Shown here in pieces: positions 9,032 to 18,178 of a DNA stretch of 50,145 nt. The first letter of the stretch is position 1. Every line of letters begins with the position of its first letter. The stretch spans positions 1-50,145 of IMG/VR virus record IMGVR_UViG_3300006224_000001, one strand, 5' to 3'. A program made the position numbers and the translations under genes. The DNA comes from a virus. Taxonomy: Duplodnaviria; Caudoviricetes. Below the pieces are notes generated by a model, which was given only the letters and a program-made list of their open reading frames with translations, did no database searches and had not been told where the DNA came from.

Positions 9032-9784
9032 GTGCATCGCGGTTATCTGAAATTGTGGCGCAAGCTGGAGGATAGCGGCTTGCTGCAAATACCCAACACT
9101 TACGCCCTGTTCACGTTCTTGCTATTGAAGGCAGCGCACAAACCGAAGAAGATCGGAACGCCTCACGGGGTAGTTGAGTTGCAACGAGGGGAATACATAT
9201 CAGGCCGCATAGAACTGGCTCTGGCCTTGAAACAGTCCGAAAGGCAGGTGCGCACCTCCCTTGACAGGCTAAAGGAAATGGATATTTTGACCATCAAATC
9301 GACCAGCAGATACAGTATATATACCATTGTAAAATATGAAGATTATCAGACATGCGACCAACCAGCGACCAGCACAGCGCCAACAGACGACCAACAGACG
9401 ACCAGCGGACGACCAGCGGACGACCAGCAAGCGACCACTAAACAAACATTAAAAGCATTTAAGAATGAAAAGAATGTAAAGAAAAAGACAGCCGCTATCG
9501 CGGACGATGTGTTTCCAGATGTTTCTAACCGACAACTTGTAGAAGATTGGCTGGTAATCAGAAAGGCAAAAAAGCTACCAGTTACGCCGACTGCACTTGA
9601 CGGAATTGCTAGGGAATTTATGAAGGCTGGTTTTTCGAATGAGGATGGATTGCGAAAATGCTGTGAAAAGGGTTGGGCGGGGTTTGAGGCGAAATGGGTT
9701 CTTGCTGACTCTAAAGGAATTGATCAGCAGGGAGATCAAGCAAGAGAAGGTGCGTGGGCTAGACTTTTTGGAGGGAATCAATAA
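9032..9784 (+). CDS. Phage replication initiator (O-like)
   Basis: G.YLKLWRKL wHTH N-terminus, internal iteron region and W...RK.KK.P.T C-terminal domain. Confidence 0.85.
   Translation: MHRGYLKLWRKLEDSGLLQIPNTYALFTFLLLKAAHKPKKIGTPHGVVELQRGEYISGRIELALALKQSERQVRTSLDRLKEMDILTIKSTSRYSIYTIVKYEDYQTCDQPATSTAPTDDQQTTSGRPADDQQATTKQTLKAFKNEKNVKKKTAAIADDVFPDVSNRQLVEDWLVIRKAKKLPVTPTALDGIAREFMKAGFSNEDGLRKCCEKGWAGFEAKWVLADSKGIDQQGDQAREGAWARLFGGNQ
9355..9490. repeat. Replication origin: about 8 tandem ~11-bp iterons followed by an A-rich tract
   Basis: CGACCA(A/G)C repeats at 9355-9438, an extra copy near 9300, and AT-rich 9439-9490; inside the initiator gene as in lambda ori. Confidence 0.8.
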
Positions 9785-10434
9785 TGCAGCAACAAGACTT
9801 TGACGATTTTGTAGACATCATTCAGGTAGTTGGTGAGCAATACAACAAAAAACTATCTGACGGCGTTATAGCTCTTTACTGGCAAGGTTTGCAAGACTAT
9901 GAACTTACTGCTGTGCGTGATGCGCTAGGTCGGCACTTGCGCAACACTGACAACGGGCAATTCATGCCGAAGATTGCAGACATCATTCGTATGCTGCAAG
10001 GTTCTAGTCAGGACTGCGCATTTTCAGCGTGGACGAAAGTTGATAAAGCAGTGCGCCATGTTGGGCCGTATGAGTCGGTGGTATTTGACGACCCGCTTAT
10101 TCATCGCGTATTGAACGATATGGGCGGCTGGTTAGTTCTGTGCGACAAGACGGACGATGATTGGCCTTTCATTGCGAAAGAGTTTGAAAACCGTTATCGC
10201 GGCTTCAAGTCCAGGAATGAGAAGGTTGAATATCCAGCAAAGCTGATTGGTATATTCGAGAAGGAAAACAGTGCGAAAGGTTTGGAATTTGCGCAACCGT
10301 TATTGATCGGTGATGCAACGAAAGCTCAGCAGGTTTTATTGGGTGGAGGTAATGGCGCAAACATGCTTGGAATAATGCGCTCAGGAGAAATTGAACAGGG
10401 CAGGTTGAGCGCAAAGATTGCTGAACATAACTAG
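9784..10434 (+). CDS. Helicase loader-type replication protein (DUF6475-like)
   Basis: FMPKIADII and SVVFDDPLIHRVL..MGGW motifs; directly follows the initiator. Confidence 0.75.
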   Translation: MQQQDFDDFVDIIQVVGEQYNKKLSDGVIALYWQGLQDYELTAVRDALGRHLRNTDNGQFMPKIADIIRMLQGSSQDCAFSAWTKVDKAVRHVGPYESVVFDDPLIHRVLNDMGGWLVLCDKTDDDWPFIAKEFENRYRGFKSRNEKVEYPAKLIGIFEKENSAKGLEFAQPLLIGDATKAQQVLLGGGNGANMLGIMRSGEIEQGRLSAKIAEHN

Positions 10435-10866
10435 GAGATAACCAATGAAAACAGAATATGAAAAAGCATTATCACAGGCTAAAGAAAACGGTTACAAATT
10501 ACCTCCGCGTGATGCGGCAGTGTTTTTAGGTGAGCGAGCGTGGATGAATTATTGGGCGCAATGTGATGCATATGCGCTAAATCCAAACGCTGGCCGTCCT
10601 GTTGTTCCGCATCGAAGTGCATAACTAGGAGATTGAAATGGCACAATTTGGATATATTGATATTGAAAACGATGAACTACAGAAATATTTTGACGCTGTC
10701 CAGAAAAAAACTGGAGTTTGTGAAATTCTACCATGTGCAAGATTTGCGATGATTTTGAATGATAGGCCTCGCTATAATGGTCTTGTGTGTTCTAAAAAAA
10801 TGGGTGGAAGAAACACTGGCGTCGGTGCAGAATCTTGCACAAATTGCTTCATTGAAAAAATGAAAA

Positions 10867-11070
10867 ATGCCTAACTACGCCCGCAGCGAACGCATAGCCC
10901 TGAAAATGGATAGCCATATCAGCGAAGCCGACGCAATACGTCAGACCGATGCCGAACTAAAAGCGAAAGAACTACCGGAGTCAATTGCTAGACTGAAAGC
11001 GCATCAAGAAAGAGTTAAACAAGATCACGCAGAGAAGCAACTTAAAAAGCAGCGGAGGATTTATGAGTAA
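10867..11070 (+). CDS. Hypothetical protein
   Basis: ERIA..M....SE..A pattern; translationally coupled. Confidence 0.55.
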   Translation: MPNYARSERIALKMDSHISEADAIRQTDAELKAKELPESIARLKAHQERVKQDHAEKQLKKQRRIYE

Positions 11071-11254
11071 GTTTGATTTCAGGGAATTTGTCGAACTTAG
11101 AAACGCTCAAATATATTCTGCATTTATGGCTGGAGCTGGTTACAAAAAACTATGCTATGACTACAATTTATCAGAGTCGAGCGTGAAGAGAATTTTGATT
11201 GCATACCGCAAAAAACATGGATTACCTAACGGACGTAAAGCAAAGGGAGATTGA
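11063..11254 (+). CDS. Mor/C-like HTH transcription factor
   Basis: RNAQIYSAF..G...KKL...YNLSESSVKRIL resembles the Mu Mor/C HTH domain. Confidence 0.65.
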   Translation: MSKFDFREFVELRNAQIYSAFMAGAGYKKLCYDYNLSESSVKRILIAYRKKHGLPNGRKAKGD

Positions 11255-11985
11255 AGAAATGAAAAAGCTCAAAGAAGTATTGGGAAAAAAATTTATCAAT
11301 CAAAATTCAATTCCGTCATTTATTGTTAAGTGTGGTTTTCATCAATGTCCTAATAACGAATCAGGGTCGTGTCCTAATCCGAAAGAATTAAAAACAACAA
11401 TAGGTTCTTATTGTTCAATTATGAAATGGACAACACTATATGACTTAATTAAATGTTGTAATAATGAGAACCTCTGAAATGTTCGACAAGCCGCGCAAGA
11501 AGCGCAAGGAGATTTGAAAATGCATGATTTTGATTTTAACGCGCCAAAACCTGCTAAATGCAAAAATTGCGGTAAGACAAAAATGCAACACAAAGCTGGA
11601 ACGCACAATTGTCCATTTGGACGCGGTAGTTTTCCTCATTTCAAAGAGGATAAATTTTTTGAACCTAGAAGTAACAGAAGCAAAGCGCTGGCTGCCATGC
11701 CCTAAGTGTAACTCCTGAGTAATTGAGTTAGCCGCCTACTCACCACGAAGCGCGGCACTTTAGAAGGAAATGAAAAATGAATGGAATGATTGGTAAACAA
11801 TGTTGCGAAAGCAATGCAATTTCGTCAATCGACAAAAACCCAACTGTCGGCGAGAACATCGACACAAAGATTGCTATGCTGAAGGCTGAGATTGCGCGGC
11901 TGGAAGAAAGCAAAACGGCCCTGGCTCCGCTGATGGGAATGCGGATTCGAGACATCCGCGATGCGATGAATTACTGATCGGCAAA

Positions 11986-12012
11986 CCCCTCCTAAAGTGT
12001 GGAGGGGCTTTG
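11986..12012 (+). terminator. Probable intrinsic terminator
   Basis: CCCCTCC/GGAGGGG stem followed by CTTTGTT. Confidence 0.55.
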
Positions 12013-12529
12013 TTGCTCTGTGTGTAACTCTAAGAGTGAGGTGATGTGATGAGTTTTGCAAAATGGAAAAATATGTCAAAGCTTCTTCAGAATTTTCATT
12101 GGATGTATAAAAAAGAAGCAGAAAGAGCTTGCCAAGCCGCCTACAAAGCCGGTGAGCGTGACGGGCTGAAACAAGCAGAATCCAAAAATGACACTCCTAA
12201 ATGCAAATGTGGCAAGCCAGCGAAATTTTACAATCCTTTCGCTGGGTATAGCGTATCGTGTGAATCTTGCAATGCAAAGAACGCCAAGCGCCAACGCGAT
12301 GCGAGAGCAAATAAACAATGACCAACTCCAAAAAACAATACAACGAAAAAATCCTGCAAAATCTATACGCCGAAAGATGGTGGGCTACTCAAATGAAAGA
12401 CCTAGCAGGAATTCAGAGGATTGAATCTGCAATTGAGCAGCATAACGCAATGGCAGCAAAAGATGCCGAGTCCGAGCGCATGGAAGCATTGCGGGGTGAA
12501 TGTGGGATGGATCCAGGTAAAAATAGTGC

Positions 12530-12558
12530 TTGACTTGTGACAAGTCACGCATTAGAAT
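12530..12558 (+). promoter_or_regulatory. Sigma70 promoter overlapped by a perfect 8-bp inverted repeat
   Basis: TTGACT-17-TAGAAT; TGACTTGT-G-ACAAGTCA at 12531-12547. Confidence 0.75.
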
Positions 12559-12601
12559 GTCTGCACGGTTGAACGAAACCGGATGAAAGACGGAGAAAAT
12601 C

Positions 12602-12790
12602 ATGGCATACGCAATCGGTAGCGACAAAAAAACAGTCAAGATGGCGAAGGAACTGAACGACAGAATCAACGGCTTGCTGGCGCGCGGCGAATTTGAAGAG
12701 GCCGAGCGTCTGATTGATGCGGGACTGTCTACGCCAAACCATCCATTCCGCGCAGAATTCCTGCATCAGGTCGAAACCTGCGCAGTATGA
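12602..12790 (+). CDS. Hypothetical protein
   Basis: GGAG RBS downstream of the 12530 promoter. Confidence 0.65.
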   Translation: MAYAIGSDKKTVKMAKELNDRINGLLARGEFEEAERLIDAGLSTPNHPFRAEFLHQVETCAV

Positions 12791-12942
12791 CCGCCCAAAC
12801 ACAAGCCGAGCGCAAAGCAGCAGAGCGCCAGCGCCGGAAAGACGCAGGGCAGGTATTGGTGCAGGAATGGGTGCATAGCTCTATGGCTGACAAGCTCAAG
12901 GCTTATGCTGCAAAACTCAGGGCTAAAACATGCGGGTCTTGA
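12787..12942 (+). CDS. Small ribbon-helix-helix-like DNA-binding protein (51 aa)
   Basis: Manual translation MTAQTQAERKAAERQRRKDAGQVLVQEWVH...KLKAYA; ATGA overlap with the upstream gene. Confidence 0.6.
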   Translation: MTAQTQAERKAAERQRRKDAGQVLVQEWVHSSMADKLKAYAAKLRAKTCGS

Positions 12943-13592
12943 TTGCTTGCGAATACTCAGGCAGGGTGCGCGATGCTTTCATCAAACGAGGCCATGAGGC
13001 TATGAGTTGCGACCTATTGCCGACTGAATCGCCCGGGCCTCACTATCAGGGTGACATCCGGGATGTGCTTTCTGTTGGCCCAATGGAATTACCTTGGGAC
13101 TTGCTTATTGCCCATCCTGACTGCACCTACCTAACAAACAGTGCCGCATGGGCATACGGTGACGGCCCGTACCATCAGAATGTAAAGCACGGGACGCTGG
13201 TAGGCGCTGTGCGCCGTGCCGCCCGGGTAGAGGCGCTAGACTTCGTGCGCTTGTTGCTGGACGCCCCAATTGAACGCATAGCCATTGAAAACCCAATGGG
13301 CGCGATCAGTACCAACATACGGCCCGCAACGCAATATATCCAGCCGCACCAATTTGGACATGATGCCAGCAAGATCACCGGATTATGGCTTAAGAATCTG
13401 CCGCCGCTTCGTCCGACAAAGAACGTGCCGGGCAGGATAGTTATGCACAAAGGCAAGATGGTAGAGCGTTGGGCAAACCAAACCGACAGCGGGCAGAACA
13501 AACTAACGCCCGGGCCTGACAGGTGGAAAGACCGCGCCATGACATATCAAGGCTGGGCTGATGCGATGGCAGACCAATGGGGTGCGCTATGA
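12930..13592 (+). CDS. Phage DNA cytosine methyltransferase-like protein
   Basis: RVLIACEYSG SAM-binding start, DLLIAHPDCTYL, IAIENP and K.TGLWL motifs. Confidence 0.75.
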   Translation: MRVLIACEYSGRVRDAFIKRGHEAMSCDLLPTESPGPHYQGDIRDVLSVGPMELPWDLLIAHPDCTYLTNSAAWAYGDGPYHQNVKHGTLVGAVRRAARVEALDFVRLLLDAPIERIAIENPMGAISTNIRPATQYIQPHQFGHDASKITGLWLKNLPPLRPTKNVPGRIVMHKGKMVERWANQTDSGQNKLTPGPDRWKDRAMTYQGWADAMADQWGAL

Positions 13593-13633
13593 CCTTCCAC
13601 CTAACCTCTAAAGCCCCATCCAGGTAAACGAAC

Positions 13634-14056
13634 ATGCCAAGTTTCCGATTAACCTCGAAAGCCGTAGTAATGAACGCCAGCGCCATGCTACACAACATGC
13701 CTGTGGACGGCTCACAAGAATGCGTACTGAGGCCATACGTGCGCAAGCGCCGCGACGAAGCGAACGCCATGTACTGGGTAAGGCTAGCAGAGATAAGCTC
13801 ACAGGCATGGCTACAGGGCAAGCAGTACACTCCAGAGATTTGGGCTGAGTACATGAAAGCTCAATATCTCCCCGAAGTATTCACCGAGGGCGATACATTG
13901 GACGGATACCAGAAATACGCCGAGATGCCGGATGGAAGCATCAAGATGATAGGCAGCACAACCAGGCTGACCACTCGCGGATTCAATAATTACCTGACGC
14001 AAGTTGAAGCGTTTGGAGCGGAATTGGGTGTAAGATTTTCAGCGGAGGAAAGATGA
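13634..14056 (+). CDS. ninB: NinB/Orf-like recombination protein
   Basis: KRR..ANAMYW..L.EIS.Q, W..Y.K and GSTT.L...F..YL..VEAFGAE.GVRFS motifs. Confidence 0.8.
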   Translation: MPSFRLTSKAVVMNASAMLHNMPVDGSQECVLRPYVRKRRDEANAMYWVRLAEISSQAWLQGKQYTPEIWAEYMKAQYLPEVFTEGDTLDGYQKYAEMPDGSIKMIGSTTRLTTRGFNNYLTQVEAFGAELGVRFSAEER

Positions 14057-14277
14057 TCGAACAAATAGGCATAGCCGCAACCGGCGTAACGGCAATATTT
14101 CTGAGCCAAGACAAGCGCGAAGGCTGGCGCAAGTGGGCATGTATCTTCGGACTTGTTGGGCAACCGTTCTGGTTTTATTCGTCATACGTTGCCGGGCAAT
14201 GGGGAATCTTCGGGCTGTGCTTCCTCTACACCTTGGCATGGGCGCGCGGGTTTAAGGCGCACTGGATGGCGGCATGA
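14053..14277 (+). CDS. Small membrane protein
   Basis: Three hydrophobic segments with a GQPFWFY...QWG motif. Confidence 0.7.
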   Translation: MIEQIGIAATGVTAIFLSQDKREGWRKWACIFGLVGQPFWFYSSYVAGQWGIFGLCFLYTLAWARGFKAHWMAA

Positions 14278-14633
14278 ACCTCCAGCGCCTACGCCGACTA
14301 AACCACACAATGCACGGATGCCGGAAATGGAAACTTGAGCCGCCGCGCAGAGAGTGGAACCTGAACTATCGCACAGGGATGCAGATATGCAGGATGATGG
14401 GGCATCCGTTAAGGTGAAGAAATGAAAGCCGACTACACAACGCCAAAGTGTTGCGACCGTACATCCATAGCGGTAATGGATTACCTTTGGCCCATTTTCA
14501 CCAAGGATGAAGAGATACCCAATCCGCACGTAAACCGTATGTGCATGAAGTGCCACACGCATTGGGCTGGTCCGGTGGATAGCGTGAAGCAATACACAGG
14601 TAAGGAATGGGATAGGTATGTTGAAGAAAATGC

Positions 14634-15861
14634 TTGACAAATAATAGTAAAATTTGTCATCATCACTATATGGTACAAATCACTCACAAGTACAGGTTCT
14701 ATCCAGATGCCGAACAAACGGTATTGCTGGCTAAAACTTTTGGTTGTGTTCGGGTAGTTTGGAACAATATTTTGGATTGGCGCTCAAAAGAGTACACCCT
14801 AAATGCCACCAAGATAAATTACGCCGGGTCAACCAAACATCTAACAGAGATAAAGCAGCTTGAAGAATACAAATGGCTTTACGAAGTAAGCAATGTGGCC
14901 TTGCAGCAATCTCTGAGAAATCAGGATGTGGCGTTCAGCAACTTTTTCAGCAAGCGCGCCAAGTATCCTAAGTTCAAGAGCAAGCACGGTAAACAGTCAT
15001 TCAGGCTAACCAGCAGCGGCTTCCGCGTCAAGGATGGCGAACTGTATATCGCCAAGTCTGCAACGCCGCTACAGGTTGTTTTAACGCGACCAATGCCGGA
15101 AAAATTGAATAGCGTAACCGTCAGCAAGGATGCGGCAGGGAGATACTTCGTTTCCGTGCAAGGCGAGCAGGAAAAGCAAGCGTTACCGGTTATTGAGAAA
15201 TCAATCGGTATTGACTTGGGGCTAACCCATTTCATTATTACCAGCGATGGGGATAAGGTAGACGCCCCAAGATTTTACCGCAAAGCAGAATCGAAGCTGG
15301 CTATGTTGCAGCGTAGGTTATCAAGGAAGCAAAAGGGCAGTAAGAATAGAACCAAGGCAAGAATCAAAGTGGCTCGGCATCATGCTGTGATTACCGATAC
15401 ACGGAAGGATTTTCTGCACAAACTTTCGACCAAGTTAATTCGTGAAAACCAAACGATAGCGGTTGAGGATTTGAATGTTGCAGGAATGGTAAAGAATCGT
15501 AATTTGGCGAAATCAATCAGTGATGCAGGCTGGGGTGAATTCACCAGAATGCTTGAGTACAAAGCAGAGTGGTACGGGCGCACCGTGGTCAAGGTGAATC
15601 GCTGGTATCCGTCTAGCCAGATATGTTCTGCCTGTGGTGATCGTGGGGAAAAGAAAGTGTTAAACATTAGGAAATGGACTTGCACAAAATGCGGAGCAGT
15701 TCACGACCGGGATATTAACGCAGCAATCAATATCAATACCGCCGGATTGGCGGAAATTAACGACTGTCAGATATGAGTACGCGCAACAAGGCGGCTCAGG
15801 GCAGTAACCAAATCCGCGAGGTTTTGGAATGCCATGTGTTTACGCATGGGGTGAATATCAA
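14634..15861 (+). mobile_element. Non-autonomous tnpB-only IS200/IS605-like element (no tnpA)
   Basis: Right end has hairpin CCATGTG-TTTA-CGCATGG (15832-15849) and terminal TCAA (15858-15861). The left boundary is uncertain, near TTGAC at 14634. Confidence 0.7.
14670..15776 (+). CDS. tnpB: IS200/IS605-family TnpB RNA-guided endonuclease, catalytic triad intact
   Basis: HKYRFYP...KTFGCVR HTH; RuvC motifs GIDLG, AVEDLNV and [11 protein letters not shown]; CSAC/CTKC zinc ribbon. Confidence 0.95.
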   Translation: MVQITHKYRFYPDAEQTVLLAKTFGCVRVVWNNILDWRSKEYTLNATKINYAGSTKHLTEIKQLEEYKWLYEVSNVALQQSLRNQDVAFSNFFSKRAKYPKFKSKHGKQSFRLTSSGFRVKDGELYIAKSATPLQVVLTRPMPEKLNSVTVSKDAAGRYFVSVQGEQEKQALPVIEKSIGIDLGLTHFIITSDGDKVDAPRFYRKAESKLAMLQRRLSRKQKGSKNRTKARIKVARHHAVITDTRKDFLHKLSTKLIRENQTIAVEDLNVAGMVKNRNLAKSISDAGWGEFTRMLEYKAEWYGRTVVKVNRWYPSSQICSACGDRGEKKVLNIRKWTCTKCGAVHDRDINAAININTAGLAEINDCQI

Positions 15862-15881
15862 GTAAACCGTGATATGCCACA
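15740..15881 (+). ncRNA. Predicted TnpB omega/reRNA (5' end approximate; guide about 15862-15881)
   Basis: Hairpins at 15808-15827 and 15832-15849 ending in TCAA, matching the established TnpB right-end RNA layout. Confidence 0.65.
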
Positions 15882-16102
15882 ATCAACGGCCAAACTAAAG
15901 GCGATAAATTACATGCAAATCAAAGGTTACTTATTGTGATATGCAGGGAGTGTAAAAATGCGATAACTGGGCAATCAAAGGGCGATATAGCTATGAACCT
16001 GATGCGATACAAGTCTTGCGCTGCTGCCAGGACACCGGAAGAGAAGGCAAGATATGTTTCTGGGGACACTAAATGCGTATATCCGCAACGGTTTAAGGAA
16101 AA

Positions 16103-16558
16103 ATGAGCAATTTGACAGCCCGCCCAATATCCAAGAAGGACGCAAAGAAGCCGAAAAAGGCTAAACTTTCGACTCTGGTAGACAAGGCCGACAAACTGGC
16201 TTCTCAGTACATCCGCCAGAAGTACGCAGATCACGCCGGAAACGTGGTTTGTATCTCATGCGATGCTGTATTGCCGTGGAAAGACGCACACTGCGCCCAT
16301 TATATCGACCGCGCAAAGAAGGCAACCAGGTGGATGGAAGAGAACCTACACCCCGCCTGCTGCTCGTGTAACGCCTTTAACAAGCAATACCACATGCGAG
16401 AGTACACCCTAAAAATGGTGGATATGTACGGCAGGGACTTTGTGAATGAGATACGGGAGTTGGTTAAGGAAACCTTGAGCGCGTCAGCGGTTAGAGGATT
16501 GGCCGAGGAAGCAATAACGTATTATTCTGCTCAACTTAAAGCATTGGAGAAGAAATGA
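16103..16558 (+). CDS. ninG: NinG/Rap-like recombination nuclease
   Basis: SQYIR...CISC...HCAHYI.R...TRW.E.N.H..C..CN motif. Confidence 0.85.
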   Translation: MSNLTARPISKKDAKKPKKAKLSTLVDKADKLASQYIRQKYADHAGNVVCISCDAVLPWKDAHCAHYIDRAKKATRWMEENLHPACCSCNAFNKQYHMREYTLKMVDMYGRDFVNEIRELVKETLSASAVRGLAEEAITYYSAQLKALEKK

Positions 16559-16770
16559 CCACAGATAGAGAATGGCAACCGATTGAGACTGCGCCACATG
16601 ATGGTACGCGCGTATTGGTGTTTGCGGAAGGTAAGATGACGTGCGCATATTTTGATTTACCGTGCGCATTTGCAGGAACGTGGGAACTGAGCGTTCCAAG
16701 CGATGGTTATGTGGATAGCAATGAAGTCTTCCCTACACATTGGATGCCACTACCGGACGCACCAAAATGA
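16555..16770 (+). CDS. DUF551-like protein
   Basis: WQPIETAP.DGT.VL...PTHWMPLP.AP motif. Confidence 0.85.
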   Translation: MTTDREWQPIETAPHDGTRVLVFAEGKMTCAYFDLPCAFAGTWELSVPSDGYVDSNEVFPTHWMPLPDAPK

Positions 16771-17027
16771 ACGATTGGTCTGAGTTAACCATAAAGCAAC
16801 ACCAGCTTACAAAACAACTTGAGGCCGAACTAAACGAACAGGACTACAAAGCCGCGTTTGCCACATCAATTCAAATGGTGAACACTTCGATTAAATTGCA
16901 ACAGTGGACATTTGATAAGTTGCCAAAAGTTTGCGAATCTATTGAAAAATAGCTGTATTTATGGCAGTATCAAGCATATTCGCCTAAAGGCAAATAAAGA
17001 CCACTCTCCTCCCTGTGTGGTGCTTGG

Positions 17028-17064
17028 CCCTCAGATTGGGGATTCTCGGTCTGAGGGATTTTTT
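17028..17064 (+). terminator. Intrinsic terminator
   Basis: CCCTCAGAT...GTCTGAGGG stem followed by ATTTTTTC. Confidence 0.75.
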
Positions 17065-17292
17065 CTAGGATGATAAATTGAATACATGCAAAACATGCAA
17101 ATATTGGGGCGGAATTCCTAAAGGTAGTTATTCATCTATTGATAGTCATAAAAATTTAGGTACTTGTAGCTGTCCAAAGATTCAATATGGATACGGTGCA
17201 ATAGATGTTTCTGACAATGGTGCAGTGATAGAGAATGACGAGGGATGGGGGATGTTAGTAGGTCTCGGCTTTGGGTGTATTCATCATTCAGA

Positions 17293-17811
17293 ATGAAACT
17301 AGACTTTATCATCGTCGGTCTCCCACGCTCCGGTACTACATGGGCTTCGGCATTTTTCACAACTGAGCATTCAATTTGCTGGCATGACGCATCAGGCCAC
17401 GAACTCCCCAAAGAACTAGACCTAAAACCCTCCTCTAAGAAATATCGCGGAATCTCCTGTACCGGAGCCTGGATGTGGAAAGACTGGTTCGAAACTCACC
17501 CCGCCAAAAAGATCATCCTGGAACGCTCATACGAAGAGATTAACGCCTCTTTAATTGAAATGGGACTGCCACCCCTAGGCGATGAAGAATTTTCAGCCTA
17601 TGAAGCTCTACGCGGGCCTAGAGTGCCATTTACAGAGCTATTCACTAATCCAGAGCCTATCTGGAAACACTTATTGCCTGACTTGCCGTTTGACCCCGAA
17701 CGACACGAAGAATTACTGAAAATGAACATCCAGCCGATTGATCGAGTACAAATACCGGATGCTGAGTATATTCGTCGGGCTATGGCGGATTTGCAGGCGC
17801 AGTTAAAATAA
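17293..17811 (+). CDS. Sulfotransferase-like P-loop protein
   Basis: FIIVGLPRSGTTW resembles the 5'-PSB loop; C.HD and IILER...SL motifs. Confidence 0.7.
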   Translation: MKLDFIIVGLPRSGTTWASAFFTTEHSICWHDASGHELPKELDLKPSSKKYRGISCTGAWMWKDWFETHPAKKIILERSYEEINASLIEMGLPPLGDEEFSAYEALRGPRVPFTELFTNPEPIWKHLLPDLPFDPERHEELLKMNIQPIDRVQIPDAEYIRRAMADLQAQLK

Positions 17812-17813
17812 AT

Positions 17814-17842
17814 TTGACAAGCGCAGTTTGTGTGCGTAGAAT
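17814..17842 (+). promoter_or_regulatory. Near-consensus sigma70 promoter for the Y-RNA/Ro60 locus
   Basis: TTGACA(17814-19)-17 nt-TAGAAT(17837-42); the predicted start near 17849-50 coincides with the first hairpin. Confidence 0.85.
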
Positions 17843-17849
17843 CATTACT

Positions 17850-17977
17850 GTTCTTGGCGTACATAACGGTTACTTCCATGCTAAGGAGCGGGTCGCTGGT
17901 TCGAGTCCAGCCAAGTCGCAAGGCTTGTAGCTCAGTTGGTAGAGCGGCTAAATCTCCGTTATGGTTTGTTCCAGAAT
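17850..17977 (+). ncRNA. YrlA-like Y RNA with a permuted tRNA-like domain
   Basis: Basal TTCT-TGGCGTA-CATAACGG...CCGTTATG-GTTTGTTCC-AGAA. Inside: T-arm GCTGG-TTCGAGT-CCAGC, acceptor-like stem closed by GCAA, then D-arm TAGCTCAGTTGGTAGAGC. Adjacent to Ro60. Confidence 0.88.
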
Positions 17978-17984
17978 AATTTAG

Positions 17985-18047
17985 TGCTTGGCGTATGCAA
18001 CCGATACTTCTCTTGAAACGAAAACACGGTTGCAGCTTGTTCCGGCA
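17985..18047 (+). ncRNA. Second, minimal Y-RNA-like hairpin
   Basis: TGCT-TGGCGTA-TGCAACCG...CGGTTGCA-GCTTGTTCC-GGCA. Confidence 0.78.
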
Positions 18048-18053
18048 AAGTTT

Positions 18054-18118
18054 GTGAGTGGTGTAGATTACCAGTTCATCATTGGGCGATAAATCCTGGT
18101 AGTCGTTTGTTCCCTCAC
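18054..18118 (+). ncRNA. Third, minimal Y-RNA-like hairpin
   Basis: GTGAG-TGGTGTA-GATTACCAG...CTGGTAGTC-GTTTGTTCC-CTCAC. Confidence 0.75.
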
Positions 18119-18126
18119 TAATTATC

Positions 18127-18161
18127 CGGCCTGCGCCTAAAAATGCAGGCCGTTTGTTTTT
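18127..18161 (+). terminator. Intrinsic terminator between the Y-RNA array and the Ro60 gene
   Basis: CGGCCTGC/GCAGGCCG stem followed by TTTGTTTTT. Confidence 0.75.
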
Positions 18162-18178
18162 AACGATAAGGAGTTCCA

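Noticed and set aside
9355-9438. Tandem repeats as a CRISPR array
   Set aside because: The ~11-bp units have no spacers and sit inside the initiator gene next to an AT-rich tract, so they are iterons.
14530-14538. GTAAACCGT match to the first 9 nt of the TnpB guide
   Set aside because: A 9-nt match is plausible by chance in 50 kb on two strands. It does not extend further and no TTGA-type TAM precedes it.
17850-18118. Three-unit array as a mini-CRISPR, or 17895-17946 as a functional tRNA gene
   Set aside because: The shared elements are two short motifs on opposite strands of a hairpin, not direct repeats with spacers. The tRNA arms are permuted, with no anticodon arm or CCA.
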